Below, piece after piece: positions 61,727-64,000 of a DNA stretch of 64,000 bases. Both the position numbers and the translations under genes were made by a program. Numbering within the stretch: position 1 is the first letter of the stretch; the number at the start of each line of letters is the position of its first letter. This stretch comes from an uncultured delta proteobacterium (GTDB lineage Bacteria > Myxococcota_A > Polyangia > Polyangiales > Polyangiaceae): NCBI GenBank assembly GCA_963782055.1, contig CAWAIF010000003.1, positions 2,656,001 through 2,720,000 on the forward strand, given 5' to 3'. A model generated the notes under the pieces. It was not told the origin of the DNA, ran no database searches, and worked only from the letters and a program-made list of their open reading frames with translations.

Positions 61727-62761
61727 TCACGGCGCGAAGCGTACCAGGCCGTCCAGCCCGAGCGTCTCCGGAAGTCCGTGCGCCAGGTTGAGGTTCTGCA
61801 TGGCCTGGCCGGCCGCGCCCTTCACCAGGTTGTCCAGGGCGCACGCGGCGATGACGACGTCCCCGTCGGCCGTGGCTCCCACCGCCGCCACGTTGGTGCC
61901 CGCCACCGAGTGCACCGAGGCGCGGTCGGGGGCGACCACGCGCACGAAGGGCTTGCCCTCGTACGCGGCGCGCAGGGCGTCCTGGACCGACTGCGCGGAC
62001 GCGCCGCCGGCCGGCCGCATGTAGGCGGTGACCAGGAGCCCGCGGTTGATCGGGACGAGGTGCGGGGTGAACGTCACCCGCACCGGCGCCCCGGCGGCGC
62101 GCGAGACGCCACGGGCGATCTCCGGGGCGTGCTGGTGGCCGAGCACCTTGTACGCGCGCACGTCCTCGTTCACCTCGACGAAGGAGTAGGCCTCCTGGGA
62201 CCGGCGGCCCGCGCCGCTCACGCCCGACTTGCCGTCCACGATGACGTGCGCCGTCTGCGCGAGGCCCGCCCGCAGCAGGGGGGCGACGGCGAGCTGCGCG
62301 GCGGTGGCGTAGCAGCCGGGGTTCGCGACGATGCCGCTCGCCTTGGGCGGCGGGCCGAAGAGCTCGGGCAGGCCGTAGTGCGCGCCGGCGAGGTGGTTGG
62401 GCGCCGGGTGCTCGAAGCCATAGAAGCGCGGGTAGTCGGCGGGGTCGGGGAGGCGGAAGGCGCCGGAGAGATCGATGACCAGCTTGCCGGCGTCGGCGAG
62501 GGCGGGGGCGAGGCCGGCGGACACCTCGGCCGAGGTGGCGAGCACCACCGCGTCCACCTTCGCCGCGAGGCTGGCCGCCTCCACGTTGGGTGCGTAGGCG
62601 ATGTCGTGCTCGGCGCGGATGCCGAGGGACTCGCCCACGCTCTGCCCGGCGAGGCGATCGGACGTCGCGAAGATCAGGCGCGCGCGGGGGTGCCCGGCGA
62701 CGAGGCGCGCGCAGACGGACCCGGAGTAGCCGGATGCGCCGACGATGCCGACCTTGATCAT
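61727..62761 (-). CDS. argC: N-acetyl-gamma-glutamyl-phosphate reductase
   Basis: GASGYSG, IDLSGAFR, ANPGCYATA, SGVSGAGR and DNLVKGAAGQAMQN. Confidence 0.95.
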   Translation of the reverse strand: MIKVGIVGASGYSGSVCARLVAGHPRARLIFATSDRLAGQSVGESLGIRAEHDIAYAPNVEAASLAAKVDAVVLATSAEVSAGLAPALADAGKLVIDLSGAFRLPDPADYPRFYGFEHPAPNHLAGAHYGLPELFGPPPKASGIVANPGCYATAAQLAVAPLLRAGLAQTAHVIVDGKSGVSGAGRRSQEAYSFVEVNEDVRAYKVLGHQHAPEIARGVSRAAGAPVRVTFTPHLVPINRGLLVTAYMRPAGGASAQSVQDALRAAYEGKPFVRVVAPDRASVHSVAGTNVAAVGATADGDVVIAACALDNLVKGAAGQAMQNLNLAHGLPETLGLDGLVRFAP

Positions 62762-62784
62762 GGCCGGGCCTATAGCATGAACGC

Positions 62785-63171
62785 TCAGATCCTCCCGAAG
62801 AACGCCTTCGTGCGCGGCTTCAGCCACACGAGCATCAGCGGGAGGGCCACCGGCAAGCAGCATGTGCTGGTCAGGCCGAAGATGATGAGCACCAGGTGGT
62901 AGACCCACGCCCACGGCTTCTTCGGCAGGAAGGGCGCGGCGGCGTAGACGCCGCCGAAGACCAGGCCCATCGCCGTGAGCAGGACGCCCGTGATGACGTC
63001 CTCGTCCTTGACCCCGGCGGACGCCATGAACAGCCCCAGGCCCGCGCAGCCCAGGTACATCAGCGTCATGAGCACGGTGTAGGCGACGTACCAGCCCCAC
63101 ACTGGTGGCCGGTCTCCCTCCAAGGTGATGGGCGGGCCCGGCGGCTGGTAGCGAGCGTACGGATCGTACAT
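62785..63171 (-). CDS. Small multi-TM membrane protein
   Basis: MYDPY..Pro-rich N-terminus and three to four hydrophobic segments. TATCCT lies 6 nt upstream. Confidence 0.7.
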   Translation of the reverse strand: MYDPYARYQPPGPPITLEGDRPPVWGWYVAYTVLMTLMYLGCAGLGLFMASAGVKDEDVITGVLLTAMGLVFGGVYAAAPFLPKKPWAWVYHLVLIIFGLTSTCCLPVALPLMLVWLKPRTKAFFGRI

Positions 63172-63274
63172 GCCTGGAGGATACGCGTGCGAGGGCGCGA
63201 TGCCCCCTCGTTTCCGCGCCGGCGCGGGTGGCAGAGGCCCCCTCGTCGAGCCAACCGTGTAGGATGAGTGGCCG

Positions 63275-64000
63275 ATGGCCGACAAGCCCAGGGCCCTCAA
63301 GACCATCCAGAACACCGTGCCGCCTCAGCCGGCCAAGGGCTCGCACGCCGTGCTCTCGGTGCAGTCGGGGCCGGACGCCGGCCGCGTGCTCGCGCTCTCC
63401 CCGAAGACGCCGAGCACCATCGGCCGCGCGGAGGAGTGCACCTTCGCCTTCGAGGACGCGCGCCTGTCGCGCGAGCACGTGCGCATCGTCCGGGTGAACG
63501 GGGAGTGGATGCTCATCGAGGCGGGGTCCACCAACGGGACGTTCGTCGACGGCGCGAAGGTGGAGAAGTTCGCGCGGCTGGGCGACGGCTCGCGCCTCGT
63601 GCTGGGCGGAAGCCTCACCCTCCGCTTCGCGCTGGTGACCGAGGAGGAAGCCGCCGCGCTGGCGCGCGTCTACGAGGCGGCGATGCACGACGGCCTGACC
63701 GGCGTGCTCAACCGCAAGGCGCTCGAGGAGCGCCTGAGCGCGGAGATCGCCTTCGCGCAGCGACACGGCGCCGAGCTCTCCGTCGCGCTGGTGGACATCG
63801 ATCACTTCAAGGCCGTGAACGACGCGCACGGCCACCTCGTCGGCGACTGGGTGCTCTGCGCCGTGGCGGCGGAGCTCGGCCGCACCCTGCGCGCCGAGGA
63901 CGTCCTCGGTCGCTACGGCGGCGAGGAGTTCCTCGTCGTGGCGCGCGGGATCCCGGTGGGGGAGGCGGCGGTGATGGCGGAGCGGCTGCGCGCGGGCATC
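63275..64000 (+). CDS. FHA-GGDEF diguanylate cyclase, 3' truncated by the window
   Basis: Not in the ORF track. Manual translation gives IGR...LSREH...GSTNGTFV (FHA), then DGLTGVLNR, DIDHFKAVNDAHGH, RAED (I-site) and GGEEF. Confidence 0.9.
   Translation, partial: MADKPRALKTIQNTVPPQPAKGSHAVLSVQSGPDAGRVLALSPKTPSTIGRAEECTFAFEDARLSREHVRIVRVNGEWMLIEAGSTNGTFVDGAKVEKFARLGDGSRLVLGGSLTLRFALVTEEEAAALARVYEAAMHDGLTGVLNRKALEERLSAEIAFAQRHGAELSVALVDIDHFKAVNDAHGHLVGDWVLCAVAAELGRTLRAEDVLGRYGGEEFLVVARGIPVGEAAVMAERLRAGI

Overview
This is very GC-rich bacterial DNA whose gene content suggests Myxococcota, probably Polyangiales (inferred from many Hanks-type Ser/Thr kinases, TPR-PEGA proteins and Cys-rich lipoproteins). 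It holds about 50 CDS. I found no rRNA, tRNA, CRISPR array or recognisable transposase. Housekeeping genes include a dispersed arginine pathway (argF, argH, argG, argC and an argJ-argB fusion), grxD-bolA, epmA, an SDR, thioredoxin, tricorn protease, a molybdopterin oxidoreductase and a GH38 mannosidase. The most notable accessory content is: (1) an operon of four tandem paralogues, each with two YbjQ/UPF0145 domains and a different insert, followed by a membrane-anchored protein; (2) an orphan, signal-peptide-bearing protein made only of the C-terminal domain of a contractile-tail sheath, converging on an orphan SctS/FliQ; (3) two copies of a kinase / TPR-PEGA / variable-lipoprotein module, one with a pseudokinase; (4) a GDP-sugar C-methylation and GT-C glycosylation island; (5) three kinase-STAND-TPR proteins. 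Non-coding signals include a FadR-box-like palindrome over a TetR start codon, a shared 13-bp upstream motif, and TANNNT hexamers 6-10 nt before many start codons, which suggests leaderless transcription. All family calls come from motif recognition by eye; no database search was run.
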